Source: an uncultured Clostridia bacterium (GTDB lineage: Bacteria; Bacillota; Clostridia; Oscillospirales; CAG-272). Taken from it: a stretch of DNA of 64,000 nucleotides. Below are positions 46,000 to 55,791 of this stretch, piece after piece. How positions within the stretch are numbered: the first letter of the stretch is position 1; every line of letters begins with the position of its first letter. Under the pieces are notes generated by a model that worked only from the letters and a program-made list of their open reading frames with translations, was not told where the DNA came from and ran no database searches. The stretch covers positions 1-64,000 of the forward strand of contig CANRKP010000002.1 in the NCBI GenBank assembly GCA_947631245.1, in the 5' to 3' direction. The position numbers and the translations under genes are program-made.

Positions 46000-46864
46000 C
46001 ATAAAATCCAAGCTCTCCGCGTGGCTCAACTTCGACCTCGACCTTGACGAGGTGCCGGAGCGCACGCCGCCGAAGCCAAAGGCGCCGCACAGGTCGAAGC
46101 TCCTTATCCTGCGCCGCATACAGAACGAACGCGTGCATCGCGCGGTCTACGCCCTGCTCGCGGTATTTTGCAGCATAACGCTCGCCGCCTGCCTGCTCCT
46201 GACCGTGTCCGGCATGCCGCGATACGGCGAGGACGCCGAGTTCATGGACACGGTAACATACGAATATCTCGCGCACGGCATGGAGTACACGGGCGTCGTC
46301 AACATAGTCTCCGGCATCATCCTCGAGTACCGCGCGTTCGACACGCTCGGCGAGTCTTTCGTCCTTTTCTGCGCCGTCTCCTGCGTGCTTCTGCTCCTGC
46401 GCCGCGACGGCGCCTCGGGCAAGGAGCCGCCCGCGATGAGAGACATTACCGGCGACCCGATACTCTCCTCATCCGCCCGCATACTCGTTCCGCTCATATT
46501 CGTTTTCGGCATATACGTTCTTCTGAACGGTCATCTCTCCCCCGGCGGAGGCTTTTCGGGCGGCGCCGTGCTCGGCGCGGGTCTCATAATCATATCCTCC
46601 GCGTTCGGCGAGGACGTCTCGGGCAGGATAATAACGGAGCGCGTCTTCAAAACGGTCACGACGGCGGCGCTCCTCTTCTACTGCGTCGGCAAATCCTACA
46701 CCTTTTTTACGGGTGCGAACGGTCTTCCCACCGGCATCGGCAACGGCACCCCCGGAGACATCCTCTCCGCCGGGCTCATACTGCCTCTCAACATTGCCGT
46801 CGGAATGGTCGTTGCCTGCACAGTATACGGAATGTACAGAATGTTCGGAAAGGGGCGCTTTTAA
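45980..46864 (+). CDS. mrpB: Antiporter subunit B (MrpB/MbhE-like)
   Basis: Polytopic; start MKTMKNDIK. Confidence 0.6.
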   Translation: MKTMKNDIKSKLSAWLNFDLDLDEVPERTPPKPKAPHRSKLLILRRIQNERVHRAVYALLAVFCSITLAACLLLTVSGMPRYGEDAEFMDTVTYEYLAHGMEYTGVVNIVSGIILEYRAFDTLGESFVLFCAVSCVLLLLRRDGASGKEPPAMRDITGDPILSSSARILVPLIFVFGIYVLLNGHLSPGGGFSGGAVLGAGLIIISSAFGEDVSGRIITERVFKTVTTAALLFYCVGKSYTFFTGANGLPTGIGNGTPGDILSAGLILPLNIAVGMVVACTVYGMYRMFGKGRF

Positions 46865-47244
46865 TGCTTGGCAATTTCATACACAATTACGAAGAAGCCG
46901 TGGCGCTGCTCCTTTTCTCGATAGGGTTCGTAACGCTGCTCTTCCACAGGAACATGATAAGAAAGCTCATAGGCATGAACATCATGGACTCCGGCATATA
47001 TCTCTTTCTCGCGTCGCTCGGCTATATATACGACAGGCGCGCGCCGATAGTTGAGGACGGCATAACGGATCCTTCAAAATACGTCAACCCCGTGCCGGCG
47101 TCTCTCGTTCTTACCGGCATCGTCGTCTCCGTCTCGGTGACGGCGGTCATGCTCGCGCTCGCGGTGCGTCTCTACGAGCGGTACCACACGCTGAATCTCG
47201 ACGAGATATACGAGCTTTCAAGGCGGAGGACCGAACACAGATGA
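46864..47244 (+). CDS. mrpC: Antiporter subunit C (MrpC/NuoK-like)
   Basis: MLGNFIHNYEEAVALLLFSIGF...; ~126 aa NuoK-like; TAATG overlap. Confidence 0.7.
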   Translation: MLGNFIHNYEEAVALLLFSIGFVTLLFHRNMIRKLIGMNIMDSGIYLFLASLGYIYDRRAPIVEDGITDPSKYVNPVPASLVLTGIVVSVSVTAVMLALAVRLYERYHTLNLDEIYELSRRRTEHR

Positions 47245-48737
47245 GAGATTTTGTCTGCAACCTGCCGTTCCTCTCCGTCGTCGTATTCCTTTTCGCCGCG
47301 GTAGTTTCGGCGGTACTTCCGCCGCGCGCCTCGCGCGCGTTCACAACGGTTGTCGAGTCCCTCGTGCTCGCCTTTTCCGTCGCGGTGCTCGTATACACCG
47401 CCGGCACGGGCACGTTCTTCCGCTACAACATGGGTCACTTCGACGCGCCGTGGAGCAACCAGCTCCGCGCCGGCGTGCTCGAGGCGCTCGCGGCGACCGT
47501 GTTCTCCCTCGTGCTGCTGCTCTCTCACGTCGGCGGCATGAGATACGTCCGTGTAGACATAGAGCCTAAAAAGCAGAACTTATACTGCACGCTTCTAAAT
47601 CTCGTCGGCGCCGCGCTGATGGCGCTCTCGTATACCAACGACCTCTTCACGGGATACGTCTTTCTCGAGATCCTGACGCTCTCGTCCTGCGGCATACTCG
47701 TTATCCGCCGCGCCGGACGCACGACGCTCGCCGCCGCCCGCTACATGGTTTTGAACCTGCTCGGCTCCGGTCTCTTTCTGCTCGGCGTCTGCCTCTTCTA
47801 CGGGACGACGGGTCATCTTCTGATGGAGTATATAAAAGAGGGCGTCGCAACGCTCGACGCGACCGGCGAATACGCCGTCCCCCTCACGGTCACGATAGGT
47901 CTCGTCTCGGCGGGACTTGCGATAAAGGCGGGTCTTTTCCCGTTCCACACCTGGATGCCGGACACATACGGAACGGCGACGCCGACCTCGTCCGCCGTCC
48001 TCTCCGGCATAATCTCGAAGGGATACATATTCCTTCTCATAAAGATAATGTACCGCGTCGCGGGCGTCGACACCGCCGCGATGACTGCCGCCCGCCACAT
48101 CCTCTATATTTTCGGCATACTCGGCATCATCATGGGCTCCGTCTGGGCGATGCAGTCTTCATATCTCAACCGCATGATAGCGTATTCGTCGGCGGCGCAG
48201 ATAGGCTACATCTTCGTCGGCATAGGTCTCGGCGGTGAGGCGGGCTTCGTCGCCGCGATGTTCCAGCTCATGGCGCACGCGCTCACAAAGCCTCTGCTCT
48301 TCCTCTCGGGCGCGAGACTTACGGAGGCGTCGGGCGACAGTCCGGCGTTTGCAGATCTTCAGGGCGCCGCCCACAGACGGCGCGGCGCGGGAGCTGCTTT
48401 CACGGTCGGCGCGCTCTCGATGGTGGGCATCCCGTCGCTCGCGGGCTTCTGCGTCAAGCTGAATTTCGCTGCCGCCGCCGTACAGCACGGCGTTGCCGCC
48501 GATATAATAACGCTCGGGACGCTCGCGGTCAGCACGCTTCTGAACGCCCTCTACTTTATCCGCACCGTCATCCGCATATATACCCCGTCCGAGGCTGAGT
48601 GGGGGGTTGTGCCCGTGAGGCGCGACGTCGGGCTCTTCGTCTCGGCGGCGGGATTTATCGCGGGGATAGTGTTCCTCGGCTTCTTCCCGGGTCCCGTCAC
48701 GTCCCTGATCTCTCGCGGTCTTTCCATGTTCGGATGA
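47241..48737 (+). CDS. mrpD: Antiporter-like proton-pumping subunit (MrpD/NuoN-like), copy 1
   Basis: ~14 TM; NuoL/M/N family motifs. Confidence 0.75.
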   Translation: MRDFVCNLPFLSVVVFLFAAVVSAVLPPRASRAFTTVVESLVLAFSVAVLVYTAGTGTFFRYNMGHFDAPWSNQLRAGVLEALAATVFSLVLLLSHVGGMRYVRVDIEPKKQNLYCTLLNLVGAALMALSYTNDLFTGYVFLEILTLSSCGILVIRRAGRTTLAAARYMVLNLLGSGLFLLGVCLFYGTTGHLLMEYIKEGVATLDATGEYAVPLTVTIGLVSAGLAIKAGLFPFHTWMPDTYGTATPTSSAVLSGIISKGYIFLLIKIMYRVAGVDTAAMTAARHILYIFGILGIIMGSVWAMQSSYLNRMIAYSSAAQIGYIFVGIGLGGEAGFVAAMFQLMAHALTKPLLFLSGARLTEASGDSPAFADLQGAAHRRRGAGAAFTVGALSMVGIPSLAGFCVKLNFAAAAVQHGVAADIITLGTLAVSTLLNALYFIRTVIRIYTPSEAEWGVVPVRRDVGLFVSAAGFIAGIVFLGFFPGPVTSLISRGLSMFG

Positions 48738-48775
48738 ACAAAAGTCTTTTCTTTCAGTAAGGAGCGTTAACAAAA

Positions 48776-50224
48776 ATGCAGTTTCTCCTTCTTTTTTCGT
48801 TTTCTTTTCCCGTCGTCTCGGGCGCGCTGCTCCCGCTTTTCAAGCCAAAGCCTGCCCTTTTGCGCGTGTGGGTCACGCTGACGTCGGCATTCGCATTCGC
48901 CGCCTCTTTAATAATTGCGTTTGCGGGCGGGGACGCGTCGACGTCCGCGCTCAGCCTCGCGCCGGGGCTTTCGATAGCGTACTCGGCAGACACGGCGGCG
49001 TCCGTCTTTTCCGTGCTCTTTTCCTTTGCGTTCCTCATCGTTTCGATATATGCGCCGACTTATATCGCGCACGAACACGGGGGCGCGCACGGCGACCGCT
49101 TCTTTGCCTTCTTTCTTATAACGCTCGGGGCGCTGCTCTCGCTCTCTTTCTCCGCGAACCTCGTCACCCTTTACCTTTCGTTTGAGATAACGACGCTCGC
49201 CTCGATGCCGCTCGTGCTCCAGTCCGGCGAGCCGGAAGCCGTCGCGGCGGCGCTCAAATATCTTTTCTATTCGGTCGCGGGCGCGCTGCTCGGACTTTTC
49301 GGCATAATATTCATCCATTCCTACACCGCGGCGGGCGCGTTTGCCCCCGGCGGCACCCTGACCGAGGCGGGCCCGTATCTGCCGCTCGCCGTTTTCCTCA
49401 CCATTGTGGGCTTCGGCACAAAGGCGGGTATGTACCCGATGCACGGCTGGCTCCCGACGGCTCACCCCGTCGCGCCGGCTCCCGCCTCGGCGCTCCTCTC
49501 CGGCATAATAGCAAAAGCGGGCGTGCTCGCCGTCATCCGCGTCGTCTTCTACACGGTCGGTGCGGACGCGATACGCTCCACATGGGTCACCCCCGTTTGG
49601 GAAGCGCTCGCGGCGCTGACAGTCGTCATGGGCTCCATGATGGCGTACCGCGAGAAAATACTGAAAAAACGGCTCGCATACTCCACGGTCAGCAACATAT
49701 CCTACATCATGCTCGGCCTTTCGACGATGACGGCGACGGGCTCTGTCGGCGCGCTGCTGCACGTTTTCGCGCACGCGCTCGCTAAAAACGCCCTCTTCCT
49801 CGCCGCAGGCTCGATAATTTTCATGACGGGCAAGACCTCCGTCGACGAGCTGCACGGCATCGGCAAAAAAATGCCCGTGACGCTCGGCGCGTTCACGGTC
49901 GCGTCCCTCTCCCTCATCGGGATCCCGCCGCTGCTCGGCTTCACGTCGAAGTGGTATCTCTGCACGGCAGGGATCGAGGTCGGCGGCGTGTCCGCCGTCC
50001 TTGTCCCCGCTGTCCTCATAATTTCGGCTCTTTTGACCGCGGGATATCTGCTCCCGATAATGATAAACGGCTACTTCCCCGCGGAGGGCGCCCCGTCTTA
50101 CAAATATGAGGAAGCGCCCGCGTCGATGACGGTACCGACCGTCATTCTCGCCGCCCTCTCCCTCATCCTCGGTCTGTTCGGAGACAGGCTCGCCGTGCTC
50201 TTTGCCTCCGTCATAACATTATGA
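48776..50224 (+). CDS. Antiporter-like subunit (MrpD/NuoM-like), copy 2
   Basis: WLPTAHPVAPAPASALLSG motif shared with copies 1, 3 and 4. Confidence 0.75.
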   Translation: MQFLLLFSFSFPVVSGALLPLFKPKPALLRVWVTLTSAFAFAASLIIAFAGGDASTSALSLAPGLSIAYSADTAASVFSVLFSFAFLIVSIYAPTYIAHEHGGAHGDRFFAFFLITLGALLSLSFSANLVTLYLSFEITTLASMPLVLQSGEPEAVAAALKYLFYSVAGALLGLFGIIFIHSYTAAGAFAPGGTLTEAGPYLPLAVFLTIVGFGTKAGMYPMHGWLPTAHPVAPAPASALLSGIIAKAGVLAVIRVVFYTVGADAIRSTWVTPVWEALAALTVVMGSMMAYREKILKKRLAYSTVSNISYIMLGLSTMTATGSVGALLHVFAHALAKNALFLAAGSIIFMTGKTSVDELHGIGKKMPVTLGAFTVASLSLIGIPPLLGFTSKWYLCTAGIEVGGVSAVLVPAVLIISALLTAGYLLPIMINGYFPAEGAPSYKYEEAPASMTVPTVILAALSLILGLFGDRLAVLFASVITL

Positions 50225-51696
50225 TCATGAGCGAGCTTTTCCTTCTCCTTCCGATATTGCTGCCGCTGCTCGGCGGCGCGGTGATTTGGTTCGTCCGCAT
50301 GAAGCCCGCGGTGCGAAACTTTACGGTCGAGCTCTTCGTCATTCTGAACGCCGCCGCGTCGTGGCTGCTCATACTCCGCCGTCCCGACGGCGCGCTGCCG
50401 CTCTTTTCCTTCGGCGACACCATGCCGATAAGGCTTCACCTCGACGGGCTCGGCTGCTTTTTCCTCGGGATGGCGTCGACCCTGTGGGTATTTGTCGCGA
50501 TTTACGCGTTTTCTTATATGAAGGATGAGGAGCACACGCATATGTTCTTCACCTTCTTCGTCCTCTCGCTCGCGGCGACAGACGGGATCGCCCTTGCCGG
50601 CAACCTCATCTCTCTCTACTTTTTCTATGAGATGCTCACGATATTCACGATCCCGCTCGTAATGCACGGGTGCCGCAAGATCGATATGCACGCGGGGCGC
50701 GTGTACGCCGCGTATCAGCTCGGCGGCGCGGCGTTTGCCTTCGTCGGCATCGTGTATCTCGTCTCGAATTTCGGCGGCGGAGACTTTTCTCTCGGCGGAT
50801 TTGTGGGCGGCAACGGCGACCGCTTCATGCTCGAGATCATATATCTTCTGATGTTCCTCGGCTTCGGCGTCAAGGCGTGCGTCTTCCCTCTGCACCGCTG
50901 GCTGCCGACGGCCTCCGTCGCGCCAACGCCCGTCACGGCGCTGCTCCACGCCGCCGCCGTCGTCAAGGCGGGCATATTCGCCATAATGCGGCTCTCGTAT
51001 TACACCTTCGAGCCCGAATTTCTGCGCGCCTCGACCGTCGGCAAAGCGGCGCTTTTGCTCGCGTGCTTCACCGCCGTATACGCCGCCGTCCGCGCCGTCC
51101 GCGAACGCCACTTCAAACGGCGTCTCGCCTATTCCACCGTCAGCAACCTTTCCTACATTCTCGTCGGCGTGCTGATGTTCACCGAGGCGGGGCTCGCGGC
51201 GGGGCTCTGCCATATGCTCTTCCACGCCGTCATAAAGATGAACGCGTTCCTCTCCTGCGGCGCGTTCATGAAGACGGGGCGCTCGCGCCTTGAGGAGCTC
51301 GACGGCGTCGGTTACAAGATGCCAGTCACGTTCGCATGCTATACGGTCTCGGCGCTCGCCCTTGCCGGCATCCCGCCGCTCTCGGGCTTTATTTCGAAAT
51401 GGATGCTGCTCTCGGCATCGGCAAATGCCGGCAGCGTCTTCGGCATCGTCGGCGCGGCGGCGCTCGTCATAAGCTCGCTTCTCGCCGCCGTCTACATGAT
51501 AACTCCCTCAGTCCGCGCATATTTCCCCGCGCGCGGCGTGCGCGGGGATGCGGCTTCCGACACGGCGGACATACATGAAGCGCCGCTCAAAATGACCGCT
51601 GTTATGGCAATATTTGCCGCCGCCGTCGTCCTGCTCGGCATATTCGCCTCCCCCGTCGTCTCGCTCTGCGGCTCGATCGCGGCGGGCTCATTCTGA
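50221..51696 (+). CDS. Antiporter-like subunit (MrpD/NuoM-like), copy 3
   Basis: WLPTASVAPTPVTALLHA conserved motif. Confidence 0.75.
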   Translation: MIMSELFLLLPILLPLLGGAVIWFVRMKPAVRNFTVELFVILNAAASWLLILRRPDGALPLFSFGDTMPIRLHLDGLGCFFLGMASTLWVFVAIYAFSYMKDEEHTHMFFTFFVLSLAATDGIALAGNLISLYFFYEMLTIFTIPLVMHGCRKIDMHAGRVYAAYQLGGAAFAFVGIVYLVSNFGGGDFSLGGFVGGNGDRFMLEIIYLLMFLGFGVKACVFPLHRWLPTASVAPTPVTALLHAAAVVKAGIFAIMRLSYYTFEPEFLRASTVGKAALLLACFTAVYAAVRAVRERHFKRRLAYSTVSNLSYILVGVLMFTEAGLAAGLCHMLFHAVIKMNAFLSCGAFMKTGRSRLEELDGVGYKMPVTFACYTVSALALAGIPPLSGFISKWMLLSASANAGSVFGIVGAAALVISSLLAAVYMITPSVRAYFPARGVRGDAASDTADIHEAPLKMTAVMAIFAAAVVLLGIFASPVVSLCGSIAAGSF

Positions 51697-51716
51697 AAGA
51701 AAGGAGACAGGAACTC

Positions 51717-53654
51717 TTGGACGCATTTGTTCTTCAGGCGCTCGTTATATTGCCCGTGCTCGCAGCCCCCGTGCTGTTTTTCGCCGCGAAAAAGACGCGC
51801 GCCGGCTTCCCACTCCTTTCACTTGTGACGTTTTTCGAGCTTTTGCTCTCCGCCGCCGCGTTTGCAGACGCTGACGCCTCGGCTCACGTCCTCGGTCTCA
51901 GCCTCGCCTCGGCGGGCTTCCACTCTCTCTACGCATTGCTCTCCGCCTTCGCGTTCTTCGTCTCAGCGCTTTTCTCCGTCGAGTATTTCGCGCACTACAA
52001 AAACCATGCGCGCTTCATCTTTTTCTATCTTCTCACCTTGTCGGCGACCGAGGGCGTCTTTCTGTCCGCCGACCTCATGACGACGTTCATATTCTTTGAG
52101 CTCGTGTCCTTCTGCTCGTTTTTCTGGGTGCTTCACGATGAAAAGCCCGCCGCGGTCTCGGCGGCAAAGACATATCTCGCCGTCGCCGTTTTCGGCGGAA
52201 TGGTGCTCCTTTTGGGGCTGCTCTTCCTAAATAATATCGCGGGTACGCTCGTCATAAGCGAGCTTTCGCCCTCGCTCGGCGTCCCGTTTGTCATAGGCGC
52301 GCTGCTCCTTCTCGGCTTCTCCGCGAAGGCGGGGCTTTTCCCGCTCCATATTTGGCTCCCTAAGGCACATCCGGTCGCGCCCGCGCCAGCCTCCGCCCTG
52401 CTTTCGGGCGTTCTCACGAAGGTCGGCGTCTACGGCATCGTCATCACCTCAGTTCGCCTCTTTTCGGGAAATTTGGCTTTTGGGACGATGCTCCTCTGCC
52501 TCGGCGTCGTGACGCTTTTGCTCGGGGCGGTCCTCGCGCTTCTGTCCGTCGACCTGAAGCGGACGCTCGCGTGCTCGTCGATGTCGCAGATAGGATTTAT
52601 CACGACGGGCATTGCCGCCTCCGTAATCCTCGGGGACGAGGGGGCGCTCGCCTCCGCCGGCGTCGTGCTCTATATGTTCAACCACACGGTGATGAAGCTC
52701 ATCCTCTTCTCGCTCTCTGGCGTCGTCCACATGGAGCTTCACCGCCTCGACCTAAACGGGATACGCGGCTGGGGCAGGGGGAGACCCGTCCTCGCCGTCC
52801 TCTTCGCGTGGGGAGGGCTCGGGCTCGCCGGCTTCCCCATGACGGGCGGCTATCTTGCCAAGACCCTCATTCACGAGGCGATCGTCGAGGCGTCCGCCTC
52901 GGTCCCGCTCGCGCACGCAGCCGAGTACCTTTTCCTCTTCGGAGGCGGCTGCACGCTCGCGTACATGATAAAGCTCTTCGTCGTGCTCTTCGTTGAAAAG
53001 CCCAAATCGGACTCGCGGAAAAAGCGCCGAACGAGCGCTCTTACGTCTTTAGCGCTCGCGCTCGCCACACTTCCCTCCGCCTTTACCGGCATCCCCGCAG
53101 TCTCCCGTCTTATCGCCGAGCGCGGCATGGCGTTTGCGGGCGCGGGCGAATGGAAAAACGTCGACTTCTTCGGGCTTGAGTCGCTCTCGGGCGCGCTTGT
53201 GACGGTCACAGTCGGCATCGCCCTCTATTTCCTCTTTGTCCGCACTGTTACAAGGAGGGGCGGCGAATACGTCAACGTCCTGCCCGCGTGGGCAGACCTT
53301 GAAGCCTCCGTTTACGTTCCCCTCATAAAAGCCGTCACGTTTGTCGGCGGCGCCGTCATGAGGCTGTTCGGCGAAAATATCGTCACGCGGCGGCTCTGCT
53401 CCGCCGTAAGGCGCGCGGGCGAGCTCGTCTGTCACGCCGCCTCCGACGTAATAGACCTGCCGGTCTACATCATGCGGCGCACCGTCTTTACCCCCTCGTC
53501 CTCCGCGCCCGGCGGCGAGAGGAAGCGGCGGCACCCGATCGTTGACTACATTTACCGCGAGCGCGCCACCGACAATTTCTCCTATTCCCTTATCGTCACC
53601 GCCGTCGGCGTATGCGTTATCCTCTTGTTCCTCTTTATAATACCGCGAATGTGA
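51717..53654 (+). CDS. Antiporter-like large subunit (MrpA/NuoL-like)
   Basis: 645 aa; WLPKAHPVAPAPASALLSG; extended C-terminal region. Confidence 0.7.
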   Translation: MDAFVLQALVILPVLAAPVLFFAAKKTRAGFPLLSLVTFFELLLSAAAFADADASAHVLGLSLASAGFHSLYALLSAFAFFVSALFSVEYFAHYKNHARFIFFYLLTLSATEGVFLSADLMTTFIFFELVSFCSFFWVLHDEKPAAVSAAKTYLAVAVFGGMVLLLGLLFLNNIAGTLVISELSPSLGVPFVIGALLLLGFSAKAGLFPLHIWLPKAHPVAPAPASALLSGVLTKVGVYGIVITSVRLFSGNLAFGTMLLCLGVVTLLLGAVLALLSVDLKRTLACSSMSQIGFITTGIAASVILGDEGALASAGVVLYMFNHTVMKLILFSLSGVVHMELHRLDLNGIRGWGRGRPVLAVLFAWGGLGLAGFPMTGGYLAKTLIHEAIVEASASVPLAHAAEYLFLFGGGCTLAYMIKLFVVLFVEKPKSDSRKKRRTSALTSLALALATLPSAFTGIPAVSRLIAERGMAFAGAGEWKNVDFFGLESLSGALVTVTVGIALYFLFVRTVTRRGGEYVNVLPAWADLEASVYVPLIKAVTFVGGAVMRLFGENIVTRRLCSAVRRAGELVCHAASDVIDLPVYIMRRTVFTPSSSAPGGERKRRHPIVDYIYRERATDNFSYSLIVTAVGVCVILLFLFIIPRM

Positions 53655-53659
53655 CCCCG

Positions 53660-53700
53660 CAGCGGAGACCTTGAATGATAGGTCTCCGCTGTGTATTTTT
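53660..53700 (+). terminator. Rho-independent terminator ending the antiporter operon
   Basis: cagcggagacc-ttgaatgata-ggtctccgctg + tgtattttt. Confidence 0.75.
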
Positions 53701-53812
53701 GCCGAAATAATACCTCATATCCTTATGAAAAGCATTGCAAACCTCACATCGTTGTGCTACAATTAACATAATAATATTACCGTGACATACATGATCACTC
53801 AAATAATTCGAG

Positions 53813-55483
53813 GTGAAAGAAATGAAATGTACCAGCTGCAACAGCGAAAACCCCGAAGGCGCGGTATTCTGCATCCGCTGCGGCGCGCGCCTTCCCGAGG
53901 AGGAAAAGAAGGCGGACGCCGCCGAAAACAACGTCGGCAGCACCGAAAATGAGACCGCCGACGCTGCGGGAAAGATCCCGAACGCCGTACCGCCCTGCGA
54001 TCCCCCGAAAACGTCCGGCGGCGGAAAAAAGCTCGTCTTAGGCGTCGCCGCCGCCATATGCGTCGCTGCCGTTGTCCTCATAGCAGTCATAATAGCTCTC
54101 GTCTCCGGCGGCAAGACAGGATTTGTCACCTGCGACGGCTACTTTATGCAGTACGCGACCCCCGATGACGAGACTGTCGTCACATTCAACGGCAAACCTC
54201 TCCCGTCAAGGATAGACGGCAAAATCGCCGCCGCCGTCACCTCGCTTGACAGCACCGCGGCGCTCCTGACCGTTTCCGAAAACTCCGCCTACACCGCTTA
54301 CGCCGCCACGAAGGATACCTTGCGTATGCTTTCCGAGGACGTCGCGTACAGCGGACTCTCCGCAGACGGCTCTCACGCCTACTGCGTCACTACAGACGGC
54401 GAGCTCTCGCTCTATACCGTCAAGGACGGCAAAAAAACCAAAATAGACGACGACGTCATCTCCAATTACAGCGCAGTCGCCATCTCCCCGGGCGGCAGCG
54501 TGCTCCTCTACTGCACAACTGACGAGGATGAGAGCGACGATTTCACCCTCCACGCGTGGAAAAACGGCAAGTCCGTCGATGTAGCCAAGAATTACGCCGG
54601 TCTCGCCGCGACGGACGACGGCAAATTACTCTACATCATGAACGAAGAGCGGTCTGTTTACGTCACGAAATTCGGCAGCGACGACAGAACCAAGCTCTGC
54701 TCCGACGTTGACTCATATTCTCTCAACAGCACCGGTACAGAAATCGTCATGATTTCAGACGGCAAGACCTATATCTCCATCAAGGGCGGCGAAAAGGCAA
54801 AGATAAACAATTCCTCCGTGCTCGTTTTAGCGTCCCCGCTCAAAACAGACAGCGCGCGCCCCATCAGCCACTCAATCGATTATCTCCCCGTCGAATCATA
54901 CGTCGGCGCGCCCGTGCTCTACGCCAAGTCTGCAGGCGATGACGTCTCGCTCGGCTTCATAAAGAAAAACGGCGGCGATTACGAGATAGTGAGAGTCGCA
55001 AACAACGTGACCGGCGTCTTGACCGCCGACTGCAAAACTTACTATTTCCTTAAAAACAACGACCTCTGCCGCGTAGAGCTGAAGGAGGACGCCGAAATTG
55101 AAAAGCTCGAAGAGGACGTCTCCTCTTACTCTCTCACCGCATCGGGCAAATCCGTCTATGCGATAGACGAGGATGACGCGCTCATAAAGATCACAGGCAA
55201 AAACAAAACAAAGGTCGCCGACGACATAGAGTCGCCGCTCGACTATGCCGTTATGGGCGAGGGCGTCCTCTACCTTGTAGACACGTCGTCGAGCACCGGC
55301 GAGGGTACGCTGTTTTACAGCAGCAACGGCAAGAACAAGAAGGTCGTAACCGACGAGGCGGTATCCATAATCGCCAGCGCCCACTTCGGTCTCGGCTGGT
55401 ACATGACATCCGATGAAGACGTGTACTTCACAACGAACGGAACAAAATTCACCCGTTATGACCCCGCCGGTCTCAAAGACTGA
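53813..55483 (+). CDS. Zinc-ribbon / single-TM / extracytoplasmic DUF5050-like domain protein
   Basis: CTSCNSENPEGAVFCIRCG zinc ribbon; TM LVLGVAAAICVAAVVLIAVIIAL; LYxxxDG repeats. Confidence 0.65.
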   Translation: MKEMKCTSCNSENPEGAVFCIRCGARLPEEEKKADAAENNVGSTENETADAAGKIPNAVPPCDPPKTSGGGKKLVLGVAAAICVAAVVLIAVIIALVSGGKTGFVTCDGYFMQYATPDDETVVTFNGKPLPSRIDGKIAAAVTSLDSTAALLTVSENSAYTAYAATKDTLRMLSEDVAYSGLSADGSHAYCVTTDGELSLYTVKDGKKTKIDDDVISNYSAVAISPGGSVLLYCTTDEDESDDFTLHAWKNGKSVDVAKNYAGLAATDDGKLLYIMNEERSVYVTKFGSDDRTKLCSDVDSYSLNSTGTEIVMISDGKTYISIKGGEKAKINNSSVLVLASPLKTDSARPISHSIDYLPVESYVGAPVLYAKSAGDDVSLGFIKKNGGDYEIVRVANNVTGVLTADCKTYYFLKNNDLCRVELKEDAEIEKLEEDVSSYSLTASGKSVYAIDEDDALIKITGKNKTKVADDIESPLDYAVMGEGVLYLVDTSSSTGEGTLFYSSNGKNKKVVTDEAVSIIASAHFGLGWYMTSDEDVYFTTNGTKFTRYDPAGLKD

Positions 55484-55668
55484 AAAGTACAACCCGAACG
55501 TTCCGAAACCATAAAAAGCATCTACGGGGGCCCGTGCACGGGCTCCCGTTCGCTGTGATGCGGTCAAACGCAATAGCAGCGCATTAAAAAATTCGGGCGT
55601 GTATTGATTATGACAAAAATGTCTCTTCTTTTTGCCGTGAGCTTTATGCAGTATGCCGAAGTTTTGCC

Positions 55669-55697
55669 GTTGAATTTATTTTCCGTCCGCTGTATAA
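55669..55697 (+). promoter_or_regulatory. Sigma-A-like promoter (TTGAAT-17-TATAAT, extended TG)
   Basis: ttgaat ttattttccgtccgctg tataat. Confidence 0.55.
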
Positions 55698-55791
55698 TAT
55701 GTGGGGTCCGAAAAACGGCCATATTTCATATAATGAAAACGACGCAGCCTCCGCATCATAAGCCGGAGGCTTTCATACGGGGGCTAAATCC

